Positions 38,472 to 47,869 of a stretch of DNA of 64,000 nt are shown here, in pieces. The stretch lies in contig CACHCY010000001.1 of NCBI GenBank assembly GCA_902578495.1, forward strand, positions 187,975 through 251,974, in the 5' to 3' direction. Under the pieces are notes generated by a model, which searched no databases, was not told the DNA's origin, and saw only the letters and a program-made list of their open reading frames with translations. The translations under genes were made by a program, and so were the position numbers. Position 1 is the first letter of the stretch. Each line of letters starts with the position of its first letter. Source of the stretch: an uncultured SAR86 cluster bacterium (GTDB lineage: Bacteria; Pseudomonadota; Gammaproteobacteria; Magnimaribacterales; AG-339-G14).

Positions 38472-39977
38472 ATGACATCAAATTTAAAAATAAACCTATC
38501 TATAACCTCTCCAAATGAGATGCTTTCTGATAAAAACGAAACTCTTATTATTGGTATTCAAGAAAATGGCAACTCTCAATCCAGTAAAAATATATTCAAT
38601 AAGGCTTCTAAGGGCCTAATGAACACTTTGTCAAAAAGAAAAGAATTCTCAGGAAAAGTTAATACTTCTTGTTATATCCCCGCCTTAGCAGATCAAAAAG
38701 ATAAGAAGTTTTTCTTATTAGGTTTAGGTAATGCTTCAGCTAAATTCAAAGACGATGAAGCGTCAAAGCTGATAACTAAGATTTGCACCTTAGCAAAAAC
38801 TGCAAATACAAAAAAAGTTTCTTTGTTTCTTCCAGAAATTAAATTTGAAAAAAGAGATTTTTCTTGGTTCTTGCAAAACCTTTCAATGCAATTGGAATCA
38901 TCGACTTATAAATATATTTTTGATGGAAAAAAAGAACAAAAAAATAATATTCTTGCATCCGTAAATTTACTTATTAACTCCAAAAAAGATATTTCTGATC
39001 TAAGAAAATCAATATCTATTGGTACTAAGATAGGTGTCGGAATAAACAGAATGAAGGAGCTTGGCAATACTCCTGCAAATATTTGTACGCCCACTTACCT
39101 CGGAAATACTGCTAAAGAGCTTGGCAGAAAATATAAAAATCTATCTGTGAAAGTTCTAGGTGAAAAAGAAATGGAAAAGCTTGGAATGCATTGTCTTTTG
39201 TCTGTTGGAAATGGGAGCGTACAAGAATCTAAGTTCATTATTATCGAATACAAAGGTGGTAAAAAAACGGAACAACCGGAAGTTATTGTTGGAAAAGGTA
39301 TAACTTTTGATACTGGCGGTATAAGTTTAAAGCCAAGCCCAGCGATGGATGAAATGAAGTATGACATGAGCGGGGCTGCGAGCGTTCTAGGAACCATGGA
39401 GGCTATTGCTTTGATAAAACCAAAGTCTAATATCATTGGAGTAGTCGCTTCTGCTGAAAATATGCCTGGCAGCAAGGCAACCAAACCTGGAGATGTTGTT
39501 AAAACAATGTCTGGGCAAACTGTGGAGATACTTAATACAGATGCAGAAGGACGATTAGTTCTTTGCGATGCACTCACTTATGTAGAAAGATTTAAACCCA
39601 AAAATGTCATAGATATAGCGACATTAACTGGAGCAGTGATAGTAGCTTTAGGTCATGTTGCTTCAGGTTTGATGAGTAATAATCAGAAATTAGCCGACAA
39701 AATAATAGATGCTGGTCATGCTTCAATGGACAAAGCATGGCAATTGCCTCTATGGGATGAATATCAAGGTGATTTGGATAGTAATTTTGCTGATATAGCC
39801 AACATTGGTGGGCGAGCTGGAACAATCACTGCTGCGTGTTTCCTTTCAAGGTTTACTAAAAAGTATCCTTGGGCGCATCTTGATGTAGCTGGAACAGCTC
39901 ATGGGTCTGGAAAAGCCAAAGCCTCTAGAGGAAGACCTGTTCCACTCTTAACTAATTACCTATTGTCTCAATCGTAA
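38472..39977 (+). CDS. pepA: leucyl aminopeptidase (M17)
   Basis: 501 aa. VGKGITFDTGGISLKP, NTDAEGRLVLCD, and C-terminal metal-ligand blocks. Confidence 0.95.
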   Translation: MTSNLKINLSITSPNEMLSDKNETLIIGIQENGNSQSSKNIFNKASKGLMNTLSKRKEFSGKVNTSCYIPALADQKDKKFFLLGLGNASAKFKDDEASKLITKICTLAKTANTKKVSLFLPEIKFEKRDFSWFLQNLSMQLESSTYKYIFDGKKEQKNNILASVNLLINSKKDISDLRKSISIGTKIGVGINRMKELGNTPANICTPTYLGNTAKELGRKYKNLSVKVLGEKEMEKLGMHCLLSVGNGSVQESKFIIIEYKGGKKTEQPEVIVGKGITFDTGGISLKPSPAMDEMKYDMSGAASVLGTMEAIALIKPKSNIIGVVASAENMPGSKATKPGDVVKTMSGQTVEILNTDAEGRLVLCDALTYVERFKPKNVIDIATLTGAVIVALGHVASGLMSNNQKLADKIIDAGHASMDKAWQLPLWDEYQGDLDSNFADIANIGGRAGTITAACFLSRFTKKYPWAHLDVAGTAHGSGKAKASRGRPVPLLTNYLLSQS

Positions 39978-39980
39978 TTA

Positions 39981-40418
39981 ATGGAATTTTACAAGGCTGG
40001 AGCTTCCTTAGACGAGGGAGAAAAGTTTTGCTGCCAATTTACAAAAGACCTCTATTGGAAAAATATTGAATCTGACGAAAAAAATTATATTGTCATAAAT
40101 TGTGAAGATCTAAATCAAGCAAAAAAATTAGATGACTTTCTGTGGGAAAATATTTCAGATATTTTTCTACCTCATAAAATCTGTAATGATTTAGATTCAC
40201 CTGATGCTCCAATTTTGATTTCCTTCCCTGGAATAAAGCATCCTTGTAATAAAAATACTTATTTGATTAATTTGAACCCAAAATTGCCTTCGAATTTTCA
40301 AGATTTTAAATCCTCTTATCAATTGGTTATTGAAGATGGCGGTGAATATCAAAAGATTGCGAGAGAGAGTTTTAAAGTTTGTTTAGAATACGGAATTAAA
40401 CCAAACTATATTGGATAA
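39981..40418 (+). CDS. holC: DNA polymerase III subunit chi
   Basis: 145 aa. LDDFLW....FLPH matches E. coli chi LDEALW....FVPH. Conserved pepA-holC-valS order. Confidence 0.8.
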   Translation: MEFYKAGASLDEGEKFCCQFTKDLYWKNIESDEKNYIVINCEDLNQAKKLDDFLWENISDIFLPHKICNDLDSPDAPILISFPGIKHPCNKNTYLINLNPKLPSNFQDFKSSYQLVIEDGGEYQKIARESFKVCLEYGIKPNYIG

Positions 40419-43156
40419 TGGATTCTAAATACCAACCCAAAAAAATTGAGAGATTGTGGTCTTCTAAATGGGAAGAATCTAAATTATTTTCACCAAGCTT
40501 AAAGAAAAATAGCAAAGCTTTCTCCATCATGCTTCCGCCTCCAAATGTGACAGGGGTTCTACACATGGGGCATGGCTTTCAAACATCTATAATGGATTCG
40601 ATTTGTAGATACAAACGAATGAATGGATACGATGTGTTATGGCAACCAGGTACAGATCATGCTGGCATATCAACAGAAATAGTCGTTGAAAGAAATCTTG
40701 AAAAGGAAAATAAAAGTAAAAATAAATTAGGGAGAGATAGATTTATAAAGGAAGTCTGGAAGTGGAAAAGCAAGTCAGGAAATACCATCACAAGCCAATT
40801 AAGAAGGTTAGGTGCATCTTTAGACTGGGAAAATGAAGCTTTCACCATGGATGAAGATTATGCGCATATTGTAAGAAAAGTATTCATTGAACTTTATGAA
40901 AAAGGACTGATTTATAAGAAGAATAGATTGGTTAATTGGGATCCCAAAAATGAGACTGGCTTATCCGACTTAGAGGTAACCACGAGGGAAGAAAACGGGA
41001 ATATTTGGCATATCAAATACGAAGTTGGAGATGGCTTTATTATTGTTGCTACAACTCGGCCTGAAACAATGTTTGGTGATCAGGCAATAGCTGTTCATCC
41101 CAAAGACAAAAGATATAAAAAATTAATAGGTTTAAAAGCAAAAATACCTTTTACCGATAAATATATCCCCATCATTGCTGATCCGTACGTCGATAAAGAT
41201 TTTGGTACTGGTTGTTTGAAGATCACTCCTGGTCATGATTTTAATGATTATGAACTAGGCATAAAACATGGACTAGAACCTGTAAATATTTTGAATCCTG
41301 ATGGCACTTTGAATGCTGAGACTCCGGCCCCTTTCTCAGGCATGGATCGTTTTGATGCTAGGAGAGAAATTATTAAATCTTTAAAAGAGATCCAGATGCT
41401 AGAGAGAATTGAACCGCATAAATTATCTATTCCAAGAACAGAAAGATCCGACACGATACTAGAGCCTTATCTAACAGATCAATGGTATTTAAATACAGGC
41501 CTTATTGGGAAGGAAGCCTTGAGCTTGGTCAAAAAAAAGTCAATCAATTTCATTCCTGATAATTGGAAAAAAACCTATTTCTCTTGGATGAACGAGCTTC
41601 AAGATTGGTGCATCAGTAGGCAATTGTGGTGGGGTCATCAAATCCCAATTTGGTATGATCAAGATGGAGGTGAATATTGCGGAGAAAACGAGAAAGATAT
41701 TAGAAAAAAATATAAATTAGATAAAAAAATATCTTTGGTTCAAGATCAAGATGTTCTGGATACGTGGTTTTCTTCCTCTTTGTGGACTTTTGCTACCCTT
41801 GGTTGGCCCCAACAAACAAAAAGATTAGATAAGTATCACCCTACCTCATTATTAGTGACTGGTTTCGATATCATCTTTTTTTGGGTTGCCCGGATGATAA
41901 TGATGACAAAGCATTTCACAAAGGCAATACCGTTTAAAGAAATCTACATTACTGGGCTAATCAGAGATAGTGAAGGCCAAAAAATGTCTAAGTCAAAAGG
42001 AAATGTTCTTGATCCTTTGGATATTATTGATGGAATAAATTTAGAAGCTCTTATTTCAAAAAGAATTTCTGGTCTGTTAAATCCAGACGACGAGCAGAAG
42101 ATAATCAAACAGACAAAGAAAGATTATCCTCAAGGAATAAAAGCTCACGGTACTGATGCTTTGAGATTTACTTTTTTGTCTCTTGCTTCTGGAAGTAGAG
42201 ATATTAATTTTGATATGAAGCGCGTAGAAGGTTATAGAAACTTTTGTAACAAACTATGGAATGCCTCTAGATTCATTGAATTAAATAAGCCAGCTAGTTT
42301 CAAAAAGACTAATCAATTTATAAAAACTCCCGAAGATAAATGGATCGTGGAGAAATTAAATAACACGATAGTTTCTATGAATACGCATATGGATAATTAT
42401 AGATTTGATTTAGCTACTCAAAGTGTTTATGAATTCGTATGGAATGATTTTTGTGATTGGTACATCGAGTTTTCAAAAAATCGACTTGATTCAAACAATA
42501 TTAAGAAGAGCGAGGTAGATAGGATCATATCTGGTTTGCTGCACATTCTTGAGTCAATCTTAAAACTTTGCCATCCTTTTATGCCTTTTATTACAGAAGA
42601 AATCTGGAATCAGATTGCTTCCGAAAAAAAACAATCATTCTTGTTAAATCAATCGTTTCCAAAAAAAGTAAGAATTTCAGGATCAAAATTCAAAGAAATA
42701 GAAAATTTGAAAAACTCAATTTCGTCAATAAGAAACATGAAAGCTGAGATGGGTATTGCATCTTTAAAGCTTGAAGAAGTGTTTATATCGGGCAATAAAA
42801 CTTCACTGAATTTTACTCTCGAAAACTCAGATCATTTAAAAAAACTTGCTGGAATAAAAGATTTAAAAGTATTAGAGATAGATAAACCCTGCGCCATAGT
42901 TGTTTCACACGATCTCAAATTTCATATACCTTTTGAAGGAAACGTAGATCCAATATCAGAAAAATTAAGAAATGAGCAAAAATTACAGAAAGTAACCAAA
43001 AATTTGGCCAATATTGAAAATACTTTAAGCAACAAAAAGTTTATTTCAAGCGCTCCTAAAAGCCTTGTAAATGAGAGAAAACGTCAATATAAGCAGGCAC
43101 TTAAAGAATCTAAGTCTATTCAATTACATTTAAAGAACTTAAATAAACTTCACTAA
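40418..43156 (+). CDS. valS: valine--tRNA ligase
   Basis: 912 aa. HIGH-type PPPNVTGVLHMGH, KMSKS, and a C-terminal coiled coil. Confidence 0.97.
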   Translation: MDSKYQPKKIERLWSSKWEESKLFSPSLKKNSKAFSIMLPPPNVTGVLHMGHGFQTSIMDSICRYKRMNGYDVLWQPGTDHAGISTEIVVERNLEKENKSKNKLGRDRFIKEVWKWKSKSGNTITSQLRRLGASLDWENEAFTMDEDYAHIVRKVFIELYEKGLIYKKNRLVNWDPKNETGLSDLEVTTREENGNIWHIKYEVGDGFIIVATTRPETMFGDQAIAVHPKDKRYKKLIGLKAKIPFTDKYIPIIADPYVDKDFGTGCLKITPGHDFNDYELGIKHGLEPVNILNPDGTLNAETPAPFSGMDRFDARREIIKSLKEIQMLERIEPHKLSIPRTERSDTILEPYLTDQWYLNTGLIGKEALSLVKKKSINFIPDNWKKTYFSWMNELQDWCISRQLWWGHQIPIWYDQDGGEYCGENEKDIRKKYKLDKKISLVQDQDVLDTWFSSSLWTFATLGWPQQTKRLDKYHPTSLLVTGFDIIFFWVARMIMMTKHFTKAIPFKEIYITGLIRDSEGQKMSKSKGNVLDPLDIIDGINLEALISKRISGLLNPDDEQKIIKQTKKDYPQGIKAHGTDALRFTFLSLASGSRDINFDMKRVEGYRNFCNKLWNASRFIELNKPASFKKTNQFIKTPEDKWIVEKLNNTIVSMNTHMDNYRFDLATQSVYEFVWNDFCDWYIEFSKNRLDSNNIKKSEVDRIISGLLHILESILKLCHPFMPFITEEIWNQIASEKKQSFLLNQSFPKKVRISGSKFKEIENLKNSISSIRNMKAEMGIASLKLEEVFISGNKTSLNFTLENSDHLKKLAGIKDLKVLEIDKPCAIVVSHDLKFHIPFEGNVDPISEKLRNEQKLQKVTKNLANIENTLSNKKFISSAPKSLVNERKRQYKQALKESKSIQLHLKNLNKLH

Positions 43157-43173
43157 TCCTTTAATATAATTGG

Positions 43174-43551
43174 ATGTGGTTACGCGGACTCACTACTTCA
43201 GCAATCATTTCTCTCTTAGCTACTTTTCTGGTTTTTAACTTCCCCCAATTTTTTTTGTCATTTGGACCTATGTTTTTGGTTCTGTTGATGTCAACTTTTA
43301 TCTCCAGTATGGCGATAGTCTATGGAAGACAAATTACTAGGAGGTTGAAAAGAGAAAAAGGAGCAATCAAATGGTTTGATCCTAGCAAAGGTTACGGTTT
43401 TGTTGAGAGAGATAAAGGCGGTGATCTTTTTGTTCATTTTGCTTCGGTAAATGAAAGTGATAGAAAATTATTAAAAGAAAGTACGAGGGTAAGCTTTACC
43501 GTTACCAATGGTGCAAGAGGACCCCAGGCAGAACAAGTCAAAATTATCTAG
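43174..43551 (+). CDS. cold-shock domain protein with predicted N-terminal two-helix membrane anchor
   Basis: 125 aa. The C-terminal ~70 aa is a CspA-type CSD (GAIKWFDPSKGYGFV RNP1, DLFVHF RNP2). The N-terminal 50 aa form two hydrophobic segments followed by RQITRRLKREK. The start site is uncertain; internal ATG codons exist. Confidence 0.65.
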   Translation: MWLRGLTTSAIISLLATFLVFNFPQFFLSFGPMFLVLLMSTFISSMAIVYGRQITRRLKREKGAIKWFDPSKGYGFVERDKGGDLFVHFASVNESDRKLLKESTRVSFTVTNGARGPQAEQVKII

Positions 43552-44651
43552 AACAGCAACCTTCCTATAAACCATAAGGTAGAGAAGAAAAAAACAATCA
43601 AAGAGATAAAATCTTTTAAAAATAGTCTGCTTTTAAGCCTTGTTTTTGCAATAAGGTTAAGGGCCAAAAGAAGAAAAAAAGCGTATAAAATTTGAGCTGC
43701 TTCTATTCCCAAGTTGAAGAGAATAATAGATGAGACTAGTGATTGAGAATCAAAATTAGATAAGTTTGAAGCAAATCCAAAACCATGCAAAAGTCCAAAA
43801 AATACCGTCGCAACAATTCTAATAAGTGAATTTCTTGTAATTAAATAAGGATAAGAAATTCCAATCAAAGCCATGCCTGAGGATAGAACAGTTATTTCTG
43901 GAAAGAAGACAAGTGAAACGCAGACCAGTGATATCCAAAACATGGAATTTATCTTCATAATTCTATTTTTATTAACTTGTCTAATTATTAAGTACTCCAG
44001 AGCCAATAAAAATATTGAGTAGCCAATAAGGATTTCAATTATTGAAATTTTTACAGAAATAAAGCCTAAGGATGAGAACGTAATGCTGATAGCATGGCCT
44101 AAGGTAAAGCCAGAGAGCAGATAAATTAATTGTTTTATTCCAATTATTAGTAAGGCTAAAAGAGATACAAACGCAATATGATCGTAGCCCCCTAGAAAGT
44201 GGTTTAATCCTAAAGAAAAAAAACTAAAATTCTGATCGGCTTCTTTGAAATCAATTTTACTTTTAGAATTATTTAAAAATGTTTGATTTTGAAGGCTGGT
44301 CTCTTTTTTTATATTCACCAAAATAGTTTGATCTGGATAAAAAGAAAAGAAATTTCTAGCATCAAGTGATCTAGGAAAATTGTTACAAGTAATTTTTTTC
44401 TTGAAAGTTAAGTATCTCGCTGTTGAATTAACTAGATCAAAATCTTTTTCGTTACAGGCATCAAAATTTAATCCATTGTTAAGGTTCTCTTCCAAAGATG
44501 GTCTGTATAAGTTTCGAGGAACTTTAATATCCATCTCAATTTCCTTGGATTCATTTGTTTCAAGAAAGTCTAAGGAGAGGTTAAATTTTTGAAGCTCATG
44601 TGAGCTCAAGAAAGAGGCTGTCAGTAAAAGATACAAAGACAGAAGTCTCAT
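43548..44651 (-). CDS. HupE/UreJ-like membrane protein with N-terminal periplasmic extension
   Basis: 367 aa. Signal peptide, a ~150-aa soluble region, then about 6 TM segments beginning HFLGGYDHIAFVSLLALLI (HupE/UreJ-type GxDH motif). Confidence 0.65.
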   Translation of the reverse strand: MRLLSLYLLLTASFLSSHELQKFNLSLDFLETNESKEIEMDIKVPRNLYRPSLEENLNNGLNFDACNEKDFDLVNSTARYLTFKKKITCNNFPRSLDARNFFSFYPDQTILVNIKKETSLQNQTFLNNSKSKIDFKEADQNFSFFSLGLNHFLGGYDHIAFVSLLALLIIGIKQLIYLLSGFTLGHAISITFSSLGFISVKISIIEILIGYSIFLLALEYLIIRQVNKNRIMKINSMFWISLVCVSLVFFPEITVLSSGMALIGISYPYLITRNSLIRIVATVFFGLLHGFGFASNLSNFDSQSLVSSIILFNLGIEAAQILYAFFLLLALNLIAKTRLKSRLFLKDFISLIVFFFSTLWFIGRLLF

Positions 44652-45397
44652 TACTTATATAGGATAGGGTTTATTTCAACTGGATAACTTTTTTTAAGTT
44701 CATTTATGTATTCTCTAAAAGACCTCTCTCTTTCGCTCCTTATTGCCTCTTGATTTACTATGTCAAATATCGAGTTCAGTGAAGCGGGCTCCCCTTCTAT
44801 CTTATCTACAAGAAAAACACTAAACGGTTGATCATCTTGGATAAATTTAATTTCACTGCCGATCTCAAGAATATCTATATTTATAATTGCATCCGCTCCC
44901 AAATAATCTCTTAGCTTCTGCTTTGTAAGATAATCATTGGGTAAATTAATAAATTCACTATCAGATTTCATTAGATACAAATTATTTTGAGAAAATTTAT
45001 CTAGATTTTCTTTGTAATATTCTTCTACGTCTTCATACTCAATATTCAAGATGGTCTGATTAGAAATGATGTTTATCATGTAATCGATGAGATTATTTTT
45101 CAATATAGGGTCGCTTTGGATAATATCTTCATCAATTGCCTTCATGATCAATAAATGTTCAATGACGAGTTGTTCAATCACTGACTCTTTAAGTTTGGTG
45201 TCTATTTCCCCGTCATTATTAAAATCAAGTTGGCTGATCTGAGCTAAATAACTTTCCATGGAAACGGATTTATCCCCAACTTTTATTGCCCAGTTTGAAG
45301 ACGGAAGAGAAATATCTTCAAAAAAATCAAAAGTTAGGAAAACTATCCCCAGAATAAATGAAAACAAGAATCCGAAATTGAGGTAAGAAATATTCAA
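44651..45397 (-). CDS. hypothetical membrane-anchored periplasmic protein (loosely SurA-N/PpiD-like)
   Basis: 248 aa. A single N-terminal TM helix. The remainder is Ile/Leu/Glu-rich helical sequence with no catalytic motif I can recognise. There is a 1-nt overlap with the downstream HupE-like gene. Confidence 0.55.
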   Translation of the reverse strand: MNISYLNFGFLFSFILGIVFLTFDFFEDISLPSSNWAIKVGDKSVSMESYLAQISQLDFNNDGEIDTKLKESVIEQLVIEHLLIMKAIDEDIIQSDPILKNNLIDYMINIISNQTILNIEYEDVEEYYKENLDKFSQNNLYLMKSDSEFINLPNDYLTKQKLRDYLGADAIINIDILEIGSEIKFIQDDQPFSVFLVDKIEGEPASLNSIFDIVNQEAIRSERERSFREYINELKKSYPVEINPILYK

Positions 45398-45868
45398 TTA
45401 TTTTTCTAGGATCATTTCTATATGAGGAATCCCATCCTCATCATAAATTTTTCCAACTGTTTTGAAGCCGTAACCTTGATAAAAATCTACCAAGGGATGT
45501 TGCGCTGAAATTCTAATATCTTTATCAGGATAAAGAATCTGACATGTATGGATAGATTTATCCATCAAAATTTTACTTAACCCACTGCCACGAGATTTTT
45601 TGTGTAAAACCACTCTTCCTATAGAAGCGTCTTTATACTTTATTCCTGGCGGTATTAGACGACTGTAGCCCTGAAGATTTGATCCTATGTAGGCAAGCAA
45701 GTGAAACGAGTCTTGATCAACATTATCCGCATCTAGATATGAAGTATTTTGCTCTATTAAAAACACTTCTTGGCGAAGATTCATTACGTCATAAAGTTGT
45801 TGAACGCTTAAGTCTTCGAATATTCCTTCTACCCAGGTAATGTCATTCATGGACAAGGATTTGGACAT
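45398..45868 (-). CDS. GNAT-family N-acetyltransferase (ElaA-like)
   Basis: 156 aa. LRQEVFLIEQ..YLDADN.D..S.HL and R.RGSGLSK.LM acetyl-CoA loop pattern, typical of ElaA. Confidence 0.8.
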   Translation of the reverse strand: MSKSLSMNDITWVEGIFEDLSVQQLYDVMNLRQEVFLIEQNTSYLDADNVDQDSFHLLAYIGSNLQGYSRLIPPGIKYKDASIGRVVLHKKSRGSGLSKILMDKSIHTCQILYPDKDIRISAQHPLVDFYQGYGFKTVGKIYDEDGIPHIEMILEK

Positions 45869-46884
45869 CCGTAATGAATTTCTTCAATTTCCTTCAGACA
45901 TTCTTCATCAAGCTTTGTATCAATACTGCCAACAGCAATCTTTAGCTGCTCCATAGTTGTAGCACCAATAATATTCGAAGTGACAAAATCTTGATCATTA
46001 ACAAATGAATTAGCCATCAAAGCAGGATCCATTGAATATTCATTAGCAAGATTTACATACTTCCTTATTATTTCCTCTGCCTGTTCCGTTTCGTATCTTT
46101 GGCCTCGCTCAAATAACGTAGTCCTAGCTCCAGCTGGCCTAGCACCATCAAGGTATTTCCCGGTTAGATATCCCTGTGCAAGAGGTGAATAAGCCAACAA
46201 ACCAACTTGAGCTCTATGATGAAATTCGGACATCCCACTTTCATAAATTCTATTTAACAAGTTATAGGCATTTTGAACGCTCACAACTTTAGGTAAGTCA
46301 TGCATTTCTGCAGCCTTGATAAATTCTGACAGGCCCCATGGAGTTTCGTTGGAAAGGCCAACGTACCTAATTTTTCCTTCTTTCACTAAATCACCCAAAA
46401 CTTTCAAAGTCTCCTCTATGGCTACTGATTCTAAATCGTAATGCTTATAAGAGAGGCCTCCACCAAATAAATTTATTGGCCTATCTGGCCAGTGAAGTTG
46501 ATAAAGATCAACGTAGTCAGTTTTGAGTCTTTTTAGGCTTCCTTCAATAGCCTTTGTAATATTATTGCTATCAAGTCTTGTTTCACCGCCTCGAAACCAT
46601 TTCATGCCGCTTCTTCCAGCAACTTTAGTTGCAAGGATAATTTTTTCTCTGTTACCTCTTTTTTCGAACCAATTGCCAATTATTGTCTCAGTACTCCCCT
46701 GAGTGTCTTCCATTGGTGGAATAGAATATAACTCAGCGGTATCAAAAAAGTTTACACCTTGATCAACGGCGTAATCCATTTGCTCAAAACCTTCTTCTTC
46801 AGTATTTTGCTGTCCCCAAGTCATGGTACCCAAGCAAATAACACTCACATCAATGTCTGTATTGCCTAATTTTCTATATTCCAT
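45847..46884 (-). CDS. NADP(H)-dependent aldo-keto reductase (Tas-like)
   Basis: MEYRKLGNTDIDVSVICLGTMTWG start at 46884 (the track start at 46944 is an extension). FDTAELY, LHWPDR, and 345 aa like E. coli Tas (346 aa). Confidence 0.9.
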   Translation of the reverse strand: MEYRKLGNTDIDVSVICLGTMTWGQQNTEEEGFEQMDYAVDQGVNFFDTAELYSIPPMEDTQGSTETIIGNWFEKRGNREKIILATKVAGRSGMKWFRGGETRLDSNNITKAIEGSLKRLKTDYVDLYQLHWPDRPINLFGGGLSYKHYDLESVAIEETLKVLGDLVKEGKIRYVGLSNETPWGLSEFIKAAEMHDLPKVVSVQNAYNLLNRIYESGMSEFHHRAQVGLLAYSPLAQGYLTGKYLDGARPAGARTTLFERGQRYETEQAEEIIRKYVNLANEYSMDPALMANSFVNDQDFVTSNIIGATTMEQLKIAVGSIDTKLDEECLKEIEEIHYGCPNPCP

Positions 46885-46930
46885 AATAATTACCCTCCAA
46901 AAACATTTGCTTAGTATATAGGGGGAAAAA

Positions 46931-47410
46931 GTGGAACCAAACATCTATTCAATAAATTTTCAGGATTCAAAAGAAACAGAAAAAAACTTAGAAGAATACA
47001 AAGGAAAGTATATTTTGATAGTTAACGTAGCCAGTAAATGTGGTCTTACACCGCAGTACGAAGGCCTTAAACAAATTCAAGATTTATATGGGAAAGATTT
47101 GCAAGTTATTGGTTTCCCTTGCAACCAATTCATGGGTCAAGAACCAGGAACCGATGACGAAATTCAAACTTTTTGTAAAACGAAGTACGATGTTAATTTT
47201 CCTGTTATGAAAAAAATTGAAGTAAATGGGTCAAATACTCATCCACTTTATGAATATTTAAAATCGGAAAAAACTGGAATTTTAACGGAAGCCATTAAGT
47301 GGAACTTTACAAAGTTTTTAGTTGACAGAGATGGGAACGTTATAAAAAGGTATTCACCTCAAACGGAACCTAGCGAGATTGAAGAAGAACTTAAAGACAT
47401 TATCAAGTAG
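46931..47410 (+). CDS. glutathione peroxidase (Cys type)
   Basis: 159 aa. NVASKCGLTPQY, FPCNQF and WNFTKFLV motifs. GTG start preceded by GGGGGA. Confidence 0.9.
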   Translation: MEPNIYSINFQDSKETEKNLEEYKGKYILIVNVASKCGLTPQYEGLKQIQDLYGKDLQVIGFPCNQFMGQEPGTDDEIQTFCKTKYDVNFPVMKKIEVNGSNTHPLYEYLKSEKTGILTEAIKWNFTKFLVDRDGNVIKRYSPQTEPSEIEEELKDIIK

Positions 47411-47869
47411 AAGAATAATTACAGGCTTGCTTAGATTTTTTTGCATAATTAACCCATCTTCTCTACCAAAATTTAATTTGTAATAATTTTTTCTTACTCC
47501 TGCTTCCTCAAAACCATTTCGACTATAAAACTTAATAGCTTTTTGGTTTGATTCTCTAACCTCTAAAAAAATTCTTTTCTTAAAAGTATATTTTGATTGA
47601 TCTACAACCCTTTTTAGCAACTGATAACCAATTGATTTTCCAATAAATTGTGGAGCGACAGAAATATTTAAAAGGTGGATTTCATCCATAACATACTGAT
47701 AGATGACATATCCATTAACTTTACCATCAATAGTAACTACATCAGCTTTACTAAACCTCAGGGCATCATAAAAATTATTTTCAGACCAAGGAGTTTCATT
47801 AGTTAGCGACTCTATGCCATGAACATAGTAGATATCATTTTTATTCATAGGTCTGAAATTAATTTTCAT
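47354..47869 (-). CDS. rimI: ribosomal-protein-alanine N-acetyltransferase
   Basis: 171 aa. GNAT core (LLNISVAPQFIGKSIGYQLL, LEVRESNQKAIKFYSRNGFEE). The ~25-aa C-terminal tail runs antisense into the gpx 3' end. Confidence 0.8.
   Translation of the reverse strand: MKINFRPMNKNDIYYVHGIESLTNETPWSENNFYDALRFSKADVVTIDGKVNGYVIYQYVMDEIHLLNISVAPQFIGKSIGYQLLKRVVDQSKYTFKKRIFLEVRESNQKAIKFYSRNGFEEAGVRKNYYKLNFGREDGLIMQKNLSKPVIILLLDNVFKFFFNLARFRLR

Noticed and set aside
39095-39577. Long antisense ORFs inside well-supported genes. Examples: 160 aa opposite pepA, 23518..23892 opposite ftsH, 51818..52243 opposite dnaE, 10096..10443 opposite pth/ychF, and 266..520 opposite gatB.
   Set aside because: Each lies wholly within a gene with strong motif evidence on the other strand. 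Their translations are low-complexity Ser/Leu/Phe/Ile-rich with no recognisable motif. This is the usual shadow-ORF effect in AT-rich DNA.
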